64,000 nucleotides of DNA from Vulcanimicrobiota bacterium (GTDB taxonomy: Bacteria; Vulcanimicrobiota; Vulcanimicrobiia; Vulcanimicrobiales; Vulcanimicrobiaceae), in assembly GCA_963820825.1 (NCBI GenBank), contig CAWGBN010000006.1:480001-544000 (forward strand), written 5' to 3'. A model generated the notes under the pieces. The model ran no database searches and was not told the DNA's origin. It worked only from the letters and a program-made list of their open reading frames with translations. The translations under genes and the position numbers were made by a program. This document shows positions 29,122 to 40,216 of the stretch, piece by piece (position 1 is the stretch's first letter; every line of letters starts with the position of its first letter).

Positions 29122-31399
29122 CTAAGAGCCCGCGCCGACCAACACGAGCGGATCGCTGGCCGTCACGTAACTTCCGGCCGTCTGCTGGTTGTTCGTTCCC
29201 AGGAGCGTAACGCGATACTGGTATTGATTCTGGGTGCGATCCATTACCGGAACGTGCAACGGTACCGGTGTGCCCGGCGCGGCGATCTCGAGGGTCTTCT
29301 GAAAGCTGTAGTTGTTGGCGGAGTCCTGATATACGGAATTCGACGACGGCGAGCTTGACCTGCGAGGCATCGAAGACCGGTTGGAACGTCAGGTCGAGGG
29401 CACCGGCGAACGGATCGCTCACCACGATCGCGCTGGCCGTCGACGAGACGCTCGGACCGGCGATCGTGGTTCCATCTTTCAGGTAACAATTGGTCGAGTA
29501 CGAGTACGCGTTGTCGGTCTTATCGGCCAGACGAAGCTTCCAACTCTGCGGTGGTGATCCGGGGCGGACGACGATGGTCTGCGCGGCTTTCCATCCGCTC
29601 TTCGCGGTGTATTGCAGCGGAACTTCGATGCGATCGACGACGTTGGGATCGATTCGGCCCGGCGCGATCGTGAGCGAGAGAAATCCGAGGAAATCGTACG
29701 GATCGAGAGTCAGCAGCCGGTTCTCGGTGGTGACCGCGGGGAGTGCGTACTCCAACTGCTCGCCCAGCCAACCCGATTCCGGATCGAACGCGTAATCGGC
29801 GGTATACGTGAACGACGTCGAATTAATCAACCCTTGATAGACGTCCCAGACCTGCTGCAGCTGGTGCGTTGCGTCGAAAACGAATTCGCCGTGCTTGGCC
29901 GGAACCGTCGTCGACGATGGGTCGCCGTAATCGAGCGCGACGTGTGCGGAGGCGAGGCCGATGCCGGCAAAGTCGCGCGGCGGATTGATCGTGACCGAGA
30001 ACTGATTGAAGAACGGATCGTTGCCGCTGACCTTGAGGAAGTGCTTGCTCTGATCGATGCCTTGCAGCAGAAGTCCGAAATACCCCTGGGGTGAGAACGT
30101 GCGCTGCACGGCGCTCATCTGTTTGTATTCGATTTCGACCGTTTTCAGCTCGTCTTGCGAGACGTATTTGAGCCGCAGCGAGAGACCGAACGGCGATGCC
30201 GCCGACGAGGCGCCGGCCGCCGTGCCTGCCGCTTTGGCGATTTGGTTGGCAACCGCACCCGCACCGCCGCTTGGGGCAGCCGATGGCTTGGCGCCGCCGG
30301 CCGCCGCGCTCGAAGCGCTCGGAGGTCTGGCCGCCGATGACGCGGTCGACGATGAGGCGCTCGACGATCCGGCATGCGGCGCCGATGCGCCACTCGAGGA
30401 CATCGAGCTCGACGACGAAGGACCGCCCATCGTCGGGTGCGAGGCGCTGGGGCTCTGCATCGAACTCGACGAATGCGCCGCACTCGAGCTTGCGGATCCG
30501 CCGGGCTGCGTCATGCCACCCGCGGGCGCCGTGCCGCCTGGACGCGCGGGAATGTTGACCGTCGACGCGTCGGCTGCCGCCGCAGTCGTCGGGCTGAGGC
30601 TCGGCGAGAACCACTGCGACATGATTTGGTCTTTGAAGAGATTGAGCGCCCACTGCTCTTGTTGCTCGGTCGAGGCGTCGGCGCTTAGGCTAATGACCTC
30701 GATGTTGATCACGCCGTCTTGACGCAACTTTTCGAAGGTAGCGTCGATACCGGCCGACGCCCAGTACGCCGACGCCGTCAAATCGACGCTGAATGAACTG
30801 TACGCCCGCTTCAGATCGGCGGTGATTTTGACGTCCAGCGCCGGTAAGACGCCGGTAAACTTCAGGTTGTAGATACCGCCGACGGGCGTCATTCCGTCTT
30901 GAAAGGCCTGTTCGAGAATCGTGGCGCCTTCCTCGCTGAGCGTGAGCGCGAAGACCGCGTCGTTGTTTCCGAACAACTCGGGATTGCTCGCGCCGAGAAT
31001 GTTCTCGACCGCGCTGCCCGTACCGGGAGCCGCGGAGGTCCCGCCGCTTCCCTGCAAGTTGAGCGCGACGACCTGCACCGTCCCATCGTCGAACGGTACC
31101 GGGGCGAGCCTCGGCTCCGAAACGTTCGGAAACTGCGTTCGGATTTGACCGACGATCTTCGATTGCGTGTCGTCGCTGACTTTGAGCGCCAACGTCACGT
31201 TCAAAAACCCCGTTCCTTTGATGCCGGCCGATGCGACGTCGGGCTCGTACATGATCAGCAGGAACTGCGGCTCGCTGCTGTCCGCCTCCGACTCTAGCCC
31301 GACGGGGCTCGGAAGATACCAAAACTGGTTCGGATCGGCATGGTCGGGGAAGACCGTGACGCCGTCGACCGTGAAGGTGCCGCTTGAAAACAGGAGCAT
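29122..31399 (-). CDS. Large unknown protein, paralog A (frameshift near 29335)
   Basis: GVTVFPDHADPNQFWYLP N-domain, EGATILEQAF, Ser/Ala-rich insert, beta-rich repeats. Its natural C-terminus (YQDSANNYSFQKT..LVGAGS) is in ORF 29122..29370. Confidence 0.75.
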
Positions 31400-31415
31400 G
31401 CGCAGAAACCTCGCC

Positions 31416-33767
31416 TTAGGTGAGTTGACTCAGCGGAATCGTAACGTTGTTGCCGGCGATTGGGGTCCAATCGATCGACTTGGTCTGACCGTTGTTGAGA
31501 TGAATGTCGGCCCGGTACTGCGGGGCGATCTGATCGTTGAGATAATCGTACGCAAAGCTGCGAACGTCGGTCGCGCTCGTCAGCGTAACCGACTCGGTCG
31601 CATCGATCGCGTTGGCCGGATCGACGTAGCGAAGCTGGACGCCGATCTCCGCGATTTGACTCGCGCCAAAGTCGACCTGTTGCGGGGCGATCGAAAGGAT
31701 TTGATGGCCTTTCATCCCGTCTTGCAAGATCAAGTATTGACTGGAGATGACGGATCCCGGAATCGTCCAGATCTGTCCGTTGGTTCGCACCAGCCGTGCC
31801 TCGTAGTAGATCAAGTTCTGGGTCGGATCTTGGCGGTCGACTTCGAACGGCGGAGCCGTGGCGTTGGCTTGATTGAGCGTGAAGCTCTGCTGCACTACCG
31901 GCGCAGTCTTGTTCGGATAGGCGACGAAGACGAGCGCTTCGACGAACTGCGTCCAGTCGAGCGCGGCCAAGATCGTGAGCGTGATCTTGGTTGGATACGG
32001 ATCGAGAATGTCGATCTTGCCGGAATTGGTGTTCGTCCACGGCGTGACGGTCGTTCCGCCGCCGGCCAGGCTGTAGGTGAGCCGGTAGTCGAAACTGCGA
32101 TGGGCCGGATCGGCCATAAACAGCGGCCAGTCGACTTCCGGATTCTGCGACGTGAGGACGGCGCTCGGCTGCAGGTTGATGCCGTTGGCCGCGTCCACGT
32201 AGCGGCACTCAACCTCGACGCTCGTATAGCGGTCCCACGGAAAGCCGAAGGCCCGGATTGGGATCACGGTCACGCCGTAGAGGTCGTTGCGCGGCTCGAC
32301 GTCGAGCACGTCGCCGACGACCGTAAGATCTTTGCTGACCAGCTTCCCGGGCCGCTGGGTGGTATCAACGTTCTTGAAGTTGACCGTGTAGTTGTAGGTG
32401 ACGGGACGAACCATTTGACCGTTGGCGAGAACGCTGCTCCAGTCGACCGATGCCGGTGTCCCGCTGCTGGTCAGTGAAACGGACTGCACGCTGCCGTTAT
32501 ACGTCAGGTTGACGTCGATCGAAGCGATCGAGTCGTCCTGAAAGTCGGCATACGATAGTACGGCCACCTTGCGCCGCGCGAAGAACGGATTGTCGAGGTC
32601 GACTCTGGTGATGAACTGCGAAAGCGGGATGCCCTCCCGCTGCAGCTCTGCCAACAGACCGGAAAGGTGCGCCTGCGGATAGATCGTGCGAAGTACCGCG
32701 GTGCGCTCGGTGACGTCAAAGTTCAACGCCTTCTGGTCGGTCCGCGACAAGTCGACCGACTTGTATGAAAAGCAGGCCGTCGCGGCCGCGCCGCCGGTGA
32801 GCGCGATGTCGCTGATGTTGTCGACGGCTTGATTTACCTTGCTCCAGTCGTCCGGCTGATTCGGGTTCGGTGGCGGAAGGCTCGACTCGAAGAAATTCGT
32901 CTTGACCAGCTCGTAGCATTCCGCAACCGCACGATCGCGATCGGAGGTTCCGGTGCTGCCCAAGTCGGATTCGGTGACGAACGTGTCGACCTGTATGTTG
33001 ATGACCTTCTCTTCGATAAGCTTGTCGACCGTGTGCTCGATCTGGCTCGAGAAGAACAGAAACCCTCCGCTGTACTGCTGATCGAGATAGGTTTGAACGC
33101 GGTTCCAGTCGGCCGTCATATGCACGTGAAACGCGGGACGCAGCCCGAGAAACTGCAGCGAGTAGATGACGGCGATCGGCGCGAGTTGTCCTTGCAACGC
33201 CTGCTCGAGGATGGTCGCGCCGTATTGGTCGAGCTGCACGGAAAACGTCGCTTGATTGTCGCCGTACAGCGCGGGTTTGGCCGCGTTCTCGATCTTCACC
33301 ACGAACTGCGGTCCGGCGGCGGCCGGCGGCGTCGTGGTCGTCACCGCCGCTGCAGTGGGCGTCGCGGATGCGCTCGCGCCGGTCGAGCCGGTGCTCCCCG
33401 CCGGTGCGGCGGCATCGCCGCTCTCCGCGCCGAGCATCAGGAGCTTTACCGCACCGTCGACGAACGTTACCGGCGAAAGGCGCGGCGTGCTGTTGAGGTT
33501 GAGCTGGCGTTCGATCTGGTTGGCGACCTCCGATAGCGCCGCCGGATCGATGCTGAGGTTGACGTCGAAATCGATGAATCCGCCCGTCCCCGCGCTGCCT
33601 TCATACTCGATCAGCTGGATTTGCGGCGACGAAGCTTTGGTAACCGGGTCCTGTACCATCGTCAGATGCGGCATCATCGGAAGGTAATAGAACTGCAACG
33701 GATCGGATTCGTCCGGAAATACCGAGACGCCGTTGATCACGAAGTACGGTGGATTGAGGTACAGCAT
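31416..33767 (-). CDS. Large unknown protein, paralog B
   Basis: 783 aa; GVSVFPDESDPLQFYYLP, KPALYGDNQATF, YGATILEQAL, DNPFF then ~95-aa beta repeats. Confidence 0.85.
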   Translation of the reverse strand: MLYLNPPYFVINGVSVFPDESDPLQFYYLPMMPHLTMVQDPVTKASSPQIQLIEYEGSAGTGGFIDFDVNLSIDPAALSEVANQIERQLNLNSTPRLSPVTFVDGAVKLLMLGAESGDAAAPAGSTGSTGASASATPTAAAVTTTTPPAAAGPQFVVKIENAAKPALYGDNQATFSVQLDQYGATILEQALQGQLAPIAVIYSLQFLGLRPAFHVHMTADWNRVQTYLDQQYSGGFLFFSSQIEHTVDKLIEEKVINIQVDTFVTESDLGSTGTSDRDRAVAECYELVKTNFFESSLPPPNPNQPDDWSKVNQAVDNISDIALTGGAAATACFSYKSVDLSRTDQKALNFDVTERTAVLRTIYPQAHLSGLLAELQREGIPLSQFITRVDLDNPFFARRKVAVLSYADFQDDSIASIDVNLTYNGSVQSVSLTSSGTPASVDWSSVLANGQMVRPVTYNYTVNFKNVDTTQRPGKLVSKDLTVVGDVLDVEPRNDLYGVTVIPIRAFGFPWDRYTSVEVECRYVDAANGINLQPSAVLTSQNPEVDWPLFMADPAHRSFDYRLTYSLAGGGTTVTPWTNTNSGKIDILDPYPTKITLTILAALDWTQFVEALVFVAYPNKTAPVVQQSFTLNQANATAPPFEVDRQDPTQNLIYYEARLVRTNGQIWTIPGSVISSQYLILQDGMKGHQILSIAPQQVDFGASQIAEIGVQLRYVDPANAIDATESVTLTSATDVRSFAYDYLNDQIAPQYRADIHLNNGQTKSIDWTPIAGNNVTIPLSQLT

Positions 33768-33788
33768 TGCGTTCGCAGTCGCTTTCGT

Positions 33789-36071
33789 TTACGACGGCGT
33801 GCTTACGGGCGGCGTGCTCGCCGGCGGATTGAGCACGAGGTCCGTGTCGGTGCTGCTCGCGGGAGCCTGTTTGATGACCGCCGGTGGATTCGTGGCCATG
33901 TAGTAGGTGGCGGTATAGGTGTAGGCCACCTTGGTGGGATCCTTGGTGTAGAACGTCCACGACGGGGGCGTCGCGCCGGTCGATTTTAGTACGATCTCCT
34001 GCTGCAGCGCGATGTTGTTGGCCGGATCCGAATACTGGAACTCGATCTGTACCAGTTTGATCTGCGTAAAATCGAGCAGTGCGGTGTCGGGAGTGACCGT
34101 AACGATCGTCTGGTCCGGCGGACCGAAGGTGACGAGCGTGCCGGTCGCGGGCGTGTCGGGAATATTCTCCTGCGTCTGATTCTTGTACGAGACCACGCCG
34201 CTGTAACTCACTTGTCCGTTTGCGGCGGGGATCATCAAGAACGTCCAGTCGTGCGTGCGGTTGGCTGCGCTGAACTGGTACTCGCTGCTTTGCGTGTACT
34301 TGTTCGTCGCGTCCGTATACGTCATCCGCAGGAAGATGTTGTCGATCGAGTTTGCAAAGTCGCCTTCGCTGATGAACGTGACCGTCTTCGGAATGAAGAT
34401 GTTGTTGATAAACAACTGCTGTGTGTTGTCTTGTTTCGGCGCGGTCACTACTTGCGTGCCGTCGGTCAAGACGTAGGTCACCGTGTACGTATACTGCTTG
34501 TCCACCGGCTTGAGTATAACGACCACGAGCGTTGCGGTGCGCGTGTTCTGATCGAATGCGAATTCTCTGCTGATCGCGGCTCCCGACGGATCGGTGTCGG
34601 GGTATTGCAGCGCGACTTGTACCTGCTTCACCGTCGTCCAATCCACGTTGCTGACGGTCAGGTTGACGTACAGCACGCCCATCGTGCCGACGTCGAGCGT
34701 GGTGACCTGATTCTGAGTGGTGTAGACCGGTGAAGCGTAGGCCTTGCTTTGATCCGCGTAGTTGACGTTGAACTGATACTGGTAATGCATATCGCCGCTG
34801 ACGGTATCGGAATCGAATTTAAGCACGTCGTCGGGCTTCTTGAAGGTGAACCCGGCAACGGTCGGCGGATTGCTCTTGGTGTACTGGCAGTTCACGTCCA
34901 CGCTGACGATGTTGAACGTTTGGAAATCCGCATTGCACTGCATCGTCGCGTGAATTTGCGCAAAGAATGGATCGTTGGCGTTGATCGTCTCGGCGTACTG
35001 CTCGAAGTTGGCGACGTTGGGCAGCGTGCCTTGCTGCACCGTCTCGTAGGCGATGCTGTCGCGTTCGTTGTAATGCTCGTAGAAGCTAAACGAGGCGAAG
35101 CTCGTTTCGTCGCGCGACACGTGCTCCATTCCGTCGTCGCCGCGGTTTTGGCCGAGGTCGCTGCCGACGCTGCTGCCCGTCACGCCGGCGCCGCTGCTCG
35201 ACGAGCTCGAGCCGTCGCCGCTGGTCCCGCCTGAGCTGCTGGTCGCGTTCGAGGCGGCCATCACGCTTTGTACCGCGGTGTTGAGCTGCTGCCAACCCCA
35301 GTTCACGAGATCGTCGTGCAGTTTTTGAACGGTCGAGTCTCCGGTCGGCAAGCCGGTGAAATCGAAGCTCACGCCGCCGCAGTCGGCGCTGACGAAGGCT
35401 TCGCGCATCTTCTCCTGCTCGGTGTTGTCGCCGCTGTCCCAACTGCCGCCGCTCTTGTCGATCGTTTGATGGAACGAGGCGAACTTCACCGCGTCGAACC
35501 AAACCGTTCCCGTAACCGGCGGCAGTGCGGCGGTATAGGTCAGATCGTAGGCGATCTGAACGACCCCGCCCTTGCCTTGCATGGCTCCCTCGACCACGGC
35601 GGCACCCTCGGGCGAGAGCTCGGCGGTGAACGAGCAGATCATCGAACCGAGCAGCGACGGCTTTCCGGCGCTCTCGATCTTCGTCACGAGCGCGCCGCCG
35701 CTGTCCAGCAGCGTTAGCGCTGCCGTCCCCTTGGTGAAGCTCGGCATCGAGATTTCCGCGCTGACGGGGTTGCCTTGAGCGTCTTTGATTCCGCGCGACT
35801 GGACGAGCTTGTCGAGCTCTTGCTGCGCGGCTTTCATTTGATCCGGCGGTATGACGAAGACCGAGTCGAAGATCAAGAAACCCCCGCCTTTGCTCCCGTC
35901 GGGCCGGTCGACCGGCATCAAATACTTGATGAAGTTCAAGACCGGTTTATTCGTCTTGGGATCGATGCGGAAACCCGGCTCACTCGGCATTGCATAGAAG
36001 ACCGCCGGGCGCGAGTCGTCTTCGTAGATGGTGAGGCCGGCGATCAGATGGGCGGGATATAGGCTCAGCAT
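33789..36071 (-). CDS. Large unknown protein, paralog C
   Basis: 760 aa; GLTIYEDDSRPAVFYAMP, GGGFLIFD, KPSLLG, EGAAVVEGAM, NDPFF then beta repeats. Confidence 0.85.
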   Translation of the reverse strand: MLSLYPAHLIAGLTIYEDDSRPAVFYAMPSEPGFRIDPKTNKPVLNFIKYLMPVDRPDGSKGGGFLIFDSVFVIPPDQMKAAQQELDKLVQSRGIKDAQGNPVSAEISMPSFTKGTAALTLLDSGGALVTKIESAGKPSLLGSMICSFTAELSPEGAAVVEGAMQGKGGVVQIAYDLTYTAALPPVTGTVWFDAVKFASFHQTIDKSGGSWDSGDNTEQEKMREAFVSADCGGVSFDFTGLPTGDSTVQKLHDDLVNWGWQQLNTAVQSVMAASNATSSSGGTSGDGSSSSSSGAGVTGSSVGSDLGQNRGDDGMEHVSRDETSFASFSFYEHYNERDSIAYETVQQGTLPNVANFEQYAETINANDPFFAQIHATMQCNADFQTFNIVSVDVNCQYTKSNPPTVAGFTFKKPDDVLKFDSDTVSGDMHYQYQFNVNYADQSKAYASPVYTTQNQVTTLDVGTMGVLYVNLTVSNVDWTTVKQVQVALQYPDTDPSGAAISREFAFDQNTRTATLVVVILKPVDKQYTYTVTYVLTDGTQVVTAPKQDNTQQLFINNIFIPKTVTFISEGDFANSIDNIFLRMTYTDATNKYTQSSEYQFSAANRTHDWTFLMIPAANGQVSYSGVVSYKNQTQENIPDTPATGTLVTFGPPDQTIVTVTPDTALLDFTQIKLVQIEFQYSDPANNIALQQEIVLKSTGATPPSWTFYTKDPTKVAYTYTATYYMATNPPAVIKQAPASSTDTDLVLNPPASTPPVSTPS

Positions 36072-36092
36072 GGCTCTCTCCTTATGTCCGTA

Positions 36093-37955
36093 TCATGGTG
36101 TTGTCGCGGGAACGGGCGTAAGCGCCGGCTGGGCGCTCGCGGCACTGGCCGATACCGGCGTACCGTCGGCAGCTAGCATCAGCGGTGTGAAAGGTGACTG
36201 CAGCGCCGACCACGCTCCGGCCGGCGCACTCCCCGTCGCCGACTTTCTATAACGGTAGCCGGCTTTGAATGGTGACGAGGCGACGTAGCCCCAGTCGGCG
36301 GATGGTTGGTCCGCGGTTAGCAGCAGTTGCGCGGGAGGCGCGCCGGCGTCTTCATCGTCCTGCGCGATCGCATCGAGCATCAACGCACGATCGCCGCTGC
36401 GCAGTGCCGCGCGAATCGTTACCCGGTGCGGTCCGAACTCGGCAAATGCAGGAAGATCGAGGTCGATGCGCCCTGGTGCGAGCGGCCCGAGCCCCAGCGG
36501 TGCACTTCCGTCGAGCGGCGCGGCGCTCACCGTCAGCGACGGGTCGCTTGCACTGCGCGGCACGGCCATCGAAGCGCCGGTGATCTTTGCGTTGAGAACG
36601 GCCGCAACCCGATGCTGCGCGCCATCGAGTGCATACGTCAGCGTCAGCGTCAGAACGGCAAGCGAGAGCAAGCGGTTCGCGGCGGTCACGTGCGCGAACG
36701 CGACCGGGAAGTCGTCGGCCCCGAGCTGCACCCACGACGAGCTGCGTAGTTGGGGCGGCATCGCGAACTCGCGCACCATTCCCGCGGCGGCAAGCACCGC
36801 AAATCCCGATAGCGTATACGACAGCGTCTCCGCGGGACTGATTTGAAACGTAAGGGAACCGTCGTCATCGGGTTCCGTAAACGCGATCGTCTGCGCGATG
36901 CTGCTCGGTCGAAGCGGTGGATTCGCCGCGACGTTTGCGGTGACGCCGATCGCCGGTACGCCGATGCGGTTCGGCGGCAGATTCGCGTCGACGTCGACCT
37001 TACAGAGTCCCACCTGTAATGCGGGAACGCTGACGTTGCGCACGAGCGCCGCCGTGCCGTTGCGTGCGGCGAATGCGCGCAGCACCGTCAAAATGTCGAG
37101 CATCAGCACCCATTGCCGCCGGCCGATCGCCGGTTGGCTCAAATCCCACTGCACGGCTCCCAACGGCAGCGCTGAGGGGTCGGCGAATGCGACGAAGGAT
37201 GGGTCGGAGCTCGCCGGAGCCGGCGCGCGCGACGCGTACGATGCCAAGATCCGATCGGCGACCGCCGCCGCGAAATCGCCCGTCGTCGCGTCGCCTGCAA
37301 GAATTTTCAGCGGAAACTTTTCCGGCGTGCCCGTAAATGCGGCCAGTACGTCCGGGGCCGAGAGCAGACGTCCCGTCGTGCCCGCGAGCAACGAAGCGAC
37401 GAGCTTCTCCGGCTCGAACGCAACCGTCGTCTCTACCCGGGCGGCAACGCCGAGGGCGTCGAATTCCACCCGTGCACCGAGAAGCAGCGAGCCGCCGGCG
37501 ATCGCGCCTTTGATGAGCTCGCCGGCGTCGGCCGAGAGGCGCGTCGTCCAGCGCGCAAAATCGGCCCCGCTAAAGCCGAGAGGAATCGGCGCGAGCGCGT
37601 CGCTCGATGGTGCGACCTCGCCGGCGGTCGGATAGAGACGTGCAAAACCTCCCGCGGCTGCGATCGGCGTCACCGTCGCGGCGGCGTCGAGCGGCCGAAC
37701 CACGGCGAGCGCGGTATCGAGCTCGAAGTCGCCCGCGAGCGAAAAATCGAGCACCGCATACTGACCGGCCGCGCTGAAATCGCCGGCGCGTTCGACCAGA
37801 TCGAGGGTAAACTTTGGGCTCGCGTCGGCATCGAGCGCGAGCGAGAGCTGTTGCGGCACGACCGCGTAACTTCCGTTTTGGAATGGCGCAAACGCAGTGA
37901 CGCCGGCGGTCGAAATCGGCGCCGAGAAGTCCGGCAAGCCCGAAAACGCGCTCAT
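36093..37955 (-). CDS. Large unknown protein, divergent paralog D
   Basis: Start MSAFSGLPDF (TGATG overlap); GVTAF..YAVVP..PKFTL..LDFSL and LSADAGELIKGAI echo the A-C N-domain; beta-rich C-terminus ending W....GYRYR. Confidence 0.7.
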   Translation of the reverse strand: MSAFSGLPDFSAPISTAGVTAFAPFQNGSYAVVPQQLSLALDADASPKFTLDLVERAGDFSAAGQYAVLDFSLAGDFELDTALAVVRPLDAAATVTPIAAAGGFARLYPTAGEVAPSSDALAPIPLGFSGADFARWTTRLSADAGELIKGAIAGGSLLLGARVEFDALGVAARVETTVAFEPEKLVASLLAGTTGRLLSAPDVLAAFTGTPEKFPLKILAGDATTGDFAAAVADRILASYASRAPAPASSDPSFVAFADPSALPLGAVQWDLSQPAIGRRQWVLMLDILTVLRAFAARNGTAALVRNVSVPALQVGLCKVDVDANLPPNRIGVPAIGVTANVAANPPLRPSSIAQTIAFTEPDDDGSLTFQISPAETLSYTLSGFAVLAAAGMVREFAMPPQLRSSSWVQLGADDFPVAFAHVTAANRLLSLAVLTLTLTYALDGAQHRVAAVLNAKITGASMAVPRSASDPSLTVSAAPLDGSAPLGLGPLAPGRIDLDLPAFAEFGPHRVTIRAALRSGDRALMLDAIAQDDEDAGAPPAQLLLTADQPSADWGYVASSPFKAGYRYRKSATGSAPAGAWSALQSPFTPLMLAADGTPVSASAASAQPALTPVPATTP

Positions 37956-40075
37956 CAGCCGCTCGTCTGCACGTAAAAGGAGTCCGCGTTCGACGAGGTC
38001 CACTGACCCTGCGTTGTGCCGGTCGCGCTTACGAGATCGACGTGATAGCGATAGTAGGACGTATCCCCGGTCCCGACGACGTACGCCTTGATTGGGACGG
38101 CGAGCGCGACCGTCTGCGTCATCAGCCCGGAAGCGTCGGCTTGCGTGGAGGAATCAAAATCGACGGTCTGGCCGCTGTCGAAGACGACTTGAACGGCTTT
38201 CGGCGGTGGCGTTGCGCCGGCCGGATCGGCCGCAAACATCGAGGCGAACGCCATGACTTTCACGGTGCGTTGTACCGGCCCAACGACCTGATTCGACATG
38301 ATGGCGTCCCAGAGTGCGCTAGGATCGGCCTTGACGCTGGTATGCCCGAAGTCGATCACGACGGTACAATCGCCGGCCGCGCTTTGACCCGCGTCGCCGC
38401 CGTGCGTCGCGAGTCCGACCGCTTCACCGAGCAGGTTCCCCAGATCGCCGGGATTCTGGGGAAGCATACGTATCTTGAGGGTTACGCCGTTGGTGCCGGT
38501 CGTGGCGCTCGCCGGTACGAGATCGACCGGCGGCGTCGGGGTCAGCGTCTGCCCGAGGTCCTGTACTTTGACCGTCGGTTTTCCGGAGACCGGATCGACC
38601 GGCCCTTTCATGATTGCTGCAGGCAGGCTGTCGACGTGCACGGGACTCTCGACCACGTTGGAAATCACGACGTCGAACTCGCTCTGCTCCGCGTCGAAGG
38701 TCGAATTGGCGGCGAGCACGCTGCCGGCGAAATCTCCCGCACGCAAGCTGAAATGAATCGACTCGGTGTCGGACCCGATCGTTACCGTCACGACGCCCGA
38801 AAAGAGTTGGCTGACCTCGTCGAAGAGCGCCGCGTATACTTGTTGCAACTGCGCGAGGGAGAGCGCGATCGAGCAGCTGATGCCGCCGGCGATGTCCACA
38901 ATGGCCGAGCTTTGCGCGACGAGCGCCGGTCCCGATCCATCGCTGGCGGGCAGAGTCAACTGCAACGCGGTGTTGCTCGCTTCGAAGAGATGCATTCCGG
39001 GCAGGACGCTCGCGCGTAGCTCGTTTTGCCACCACGCCGCCGCATTGGCGATTCGATCGGGATTCCAAATGGGGATGGCCAGAAACGAGAGCGTGAAGCG
39101 CATCGTGCCCGCGTCGCCGCCGGTTGCAGCGATCGTGATGTTGGGAGCGTGCGGAGCATCCTGCTGCCGGCTGATCTGGAACGTGTCCGGGAGATAATAG
39201 ACTTGGCTCGGCTGGCGCGCGTCTTGATAGTACGGATACGAGCGGTTGTCGTGCGCGTAGGGCACTTGCGTAACGTTCCACGTCGACTCCCCGCTGCCGA
39301 CGCTGCCGAGCAGCGAGAAGATGTTCTTGTCGAGCACGGGATCGAACGTGAATGGAATCGGGGCATCGATGGCCGTAACGCTCTCGCGGTAGAGCGTCTG
39401 CGCCGTACCCTCCGCCGCGGCAGTCGGAGCTGCGACCGGAAACGAACGCCGGACGATCAGCTGCGCCTGTGCCGATGGATCGGTCATCGCCCGGTAAATC
39501 GAGTCGCGGGCAGCCGGATCGGTGACGGTCAGCGAGAGCGTAAGGTTCGAGCCATCCGACGGTGTCGCGGTGAAATCCCAGTTGGCGGCGAGCCCCTGCA
39601 GATTCGCCGTCAGCAGATAGCGCGTCGTCGTCGGGTCGATCCGCAGAGCGCTGCTCACCAGCGATGGATCCGTAACGTCGGCCAATCCGACGGTGAGGAC
39701 GAACCCGTCGGTATTGGCCACGAACGAGACGTTGTAGCTCTGCGCGCCGCCGCTGCCGATCGTCGCGATCGCGTACTTGGCGAGAAAGTGCTTCTTCGTA
39801 GCATCGGCCGGATCTTCGAAGAGCGTGTCGGCTTTGGGCGTCGCATCCGGCGCGATCAGCGTCGGCAACGAAAAGTTCGAACGCGGAAGCGGGCGACCGA
39901 GCTGCCATCCGACGAAGGCAGGATTGCGCATGTAGAGCAGCGCCGGATTCGCCATGCTGCGCGTTGGAGAGTGAGCGACGGCAGTCGATACCACGACCGG
40001 TCGCGCGACGGTCGCTTGGGGGGCGGTCGAGGGCAACGTTCGGGATGCGCTGCCGTGGAGAGTCATGAATGCCAT
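37955..40075 (-). CDS. Large unknown protein, divergent paralog E
   Basis: 706 aa; internal YYQDARQPSQVYYLP motif shared with A-C; C-terminal YYRYHV..GQW repeat-like end. Confidence 0.75.
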   Translation of the reverse strand: MAFMTLHGSASRTLPSTAPQATVARPVVVSTAVAHSPTRSMANPALLYMRNPAFVGWQLGRPLPRSNFSLPTLIAPDATPKADTLFEDPADATKKHFLAKYAIATIGSGGAQSYNVSFVANTDGFVLTVGLADVTDPSLVSSALRIDPTTTRYLLTANLQGLAANWDFTATPSDGSNLTLSLTVTDPAARDSIYRAMTDPSAQAQLIVRRSFPVAAPTAAAEGTAQTLYRESVTAIDAPIPFTFDPVLDKNIFSLLGSVGSGESTWNVTQVPYAHDNRSYPYYQDARQPSQVYYLPDTFQISRQQDAPHAPNITIAATGGDAGTMRFTLSFLAIPIWNPDRIANAAAWWQNELRASVLPGMHLFEASNTALQLTLPASDGSGPALVAQSSAIVDIAGGISCSIALSLAQLQQVYAALFDEVSQLFSGVVTVTIGSDTESIHFSLRAGDFAGSVLAANSTFDAEQSEFDVVISNVVESPVHVDSLPAAIMKGPVDPVSGKPTVKVQDLGQTLTPTPPVDLVPASATTGTNGVTLKIRMLPQNPGDLGNLLGEAVGLATHGGDAGQSAAGDCTVVIDFGHTSVKADPSALWDAIMSNQVVGPVQRTVKVMAFASMFAADPAGATPPPKAVQVVFDSGQTVDFDSSTQADASGLMTQTVALAVPIKAYVVGTGDTSYYRYHVDLVSATGTTQGQWTSSNADSFYVQTSG

Positions 40076-40216
40076 GGACGGCCGCTAAACCTCGAAAACA
40101 GACCGGGGGCTACCAGATTACACTAACGGGCCATGCTTGCCAAGGCTGCGGTCGTTCGCCTTACCGAACGCGCTCGCTCGCTCGCTAAGGGTCCCGGCGG
40201 ACTTTAGTTCCGGCCG

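Noticed and set aside
28157..31399. Single 1080-aa fusion of paralog A with a prenyltransferase-like domain
   Set aside because: The repeat pattern of paralog A continues in another frame to a stop at 29122 and the linking ~75 aa read as off-frame; better explained as two genes plus a frameshift
29122..40075. Prophage tail, eCIS or T6SS structural cluster
   Set aside because: No sheath, tube, baseplate, VgrG/PAAR, terminase, capsid or AAA ATPase motifs recognised; cannot be fully excluded without profile searches
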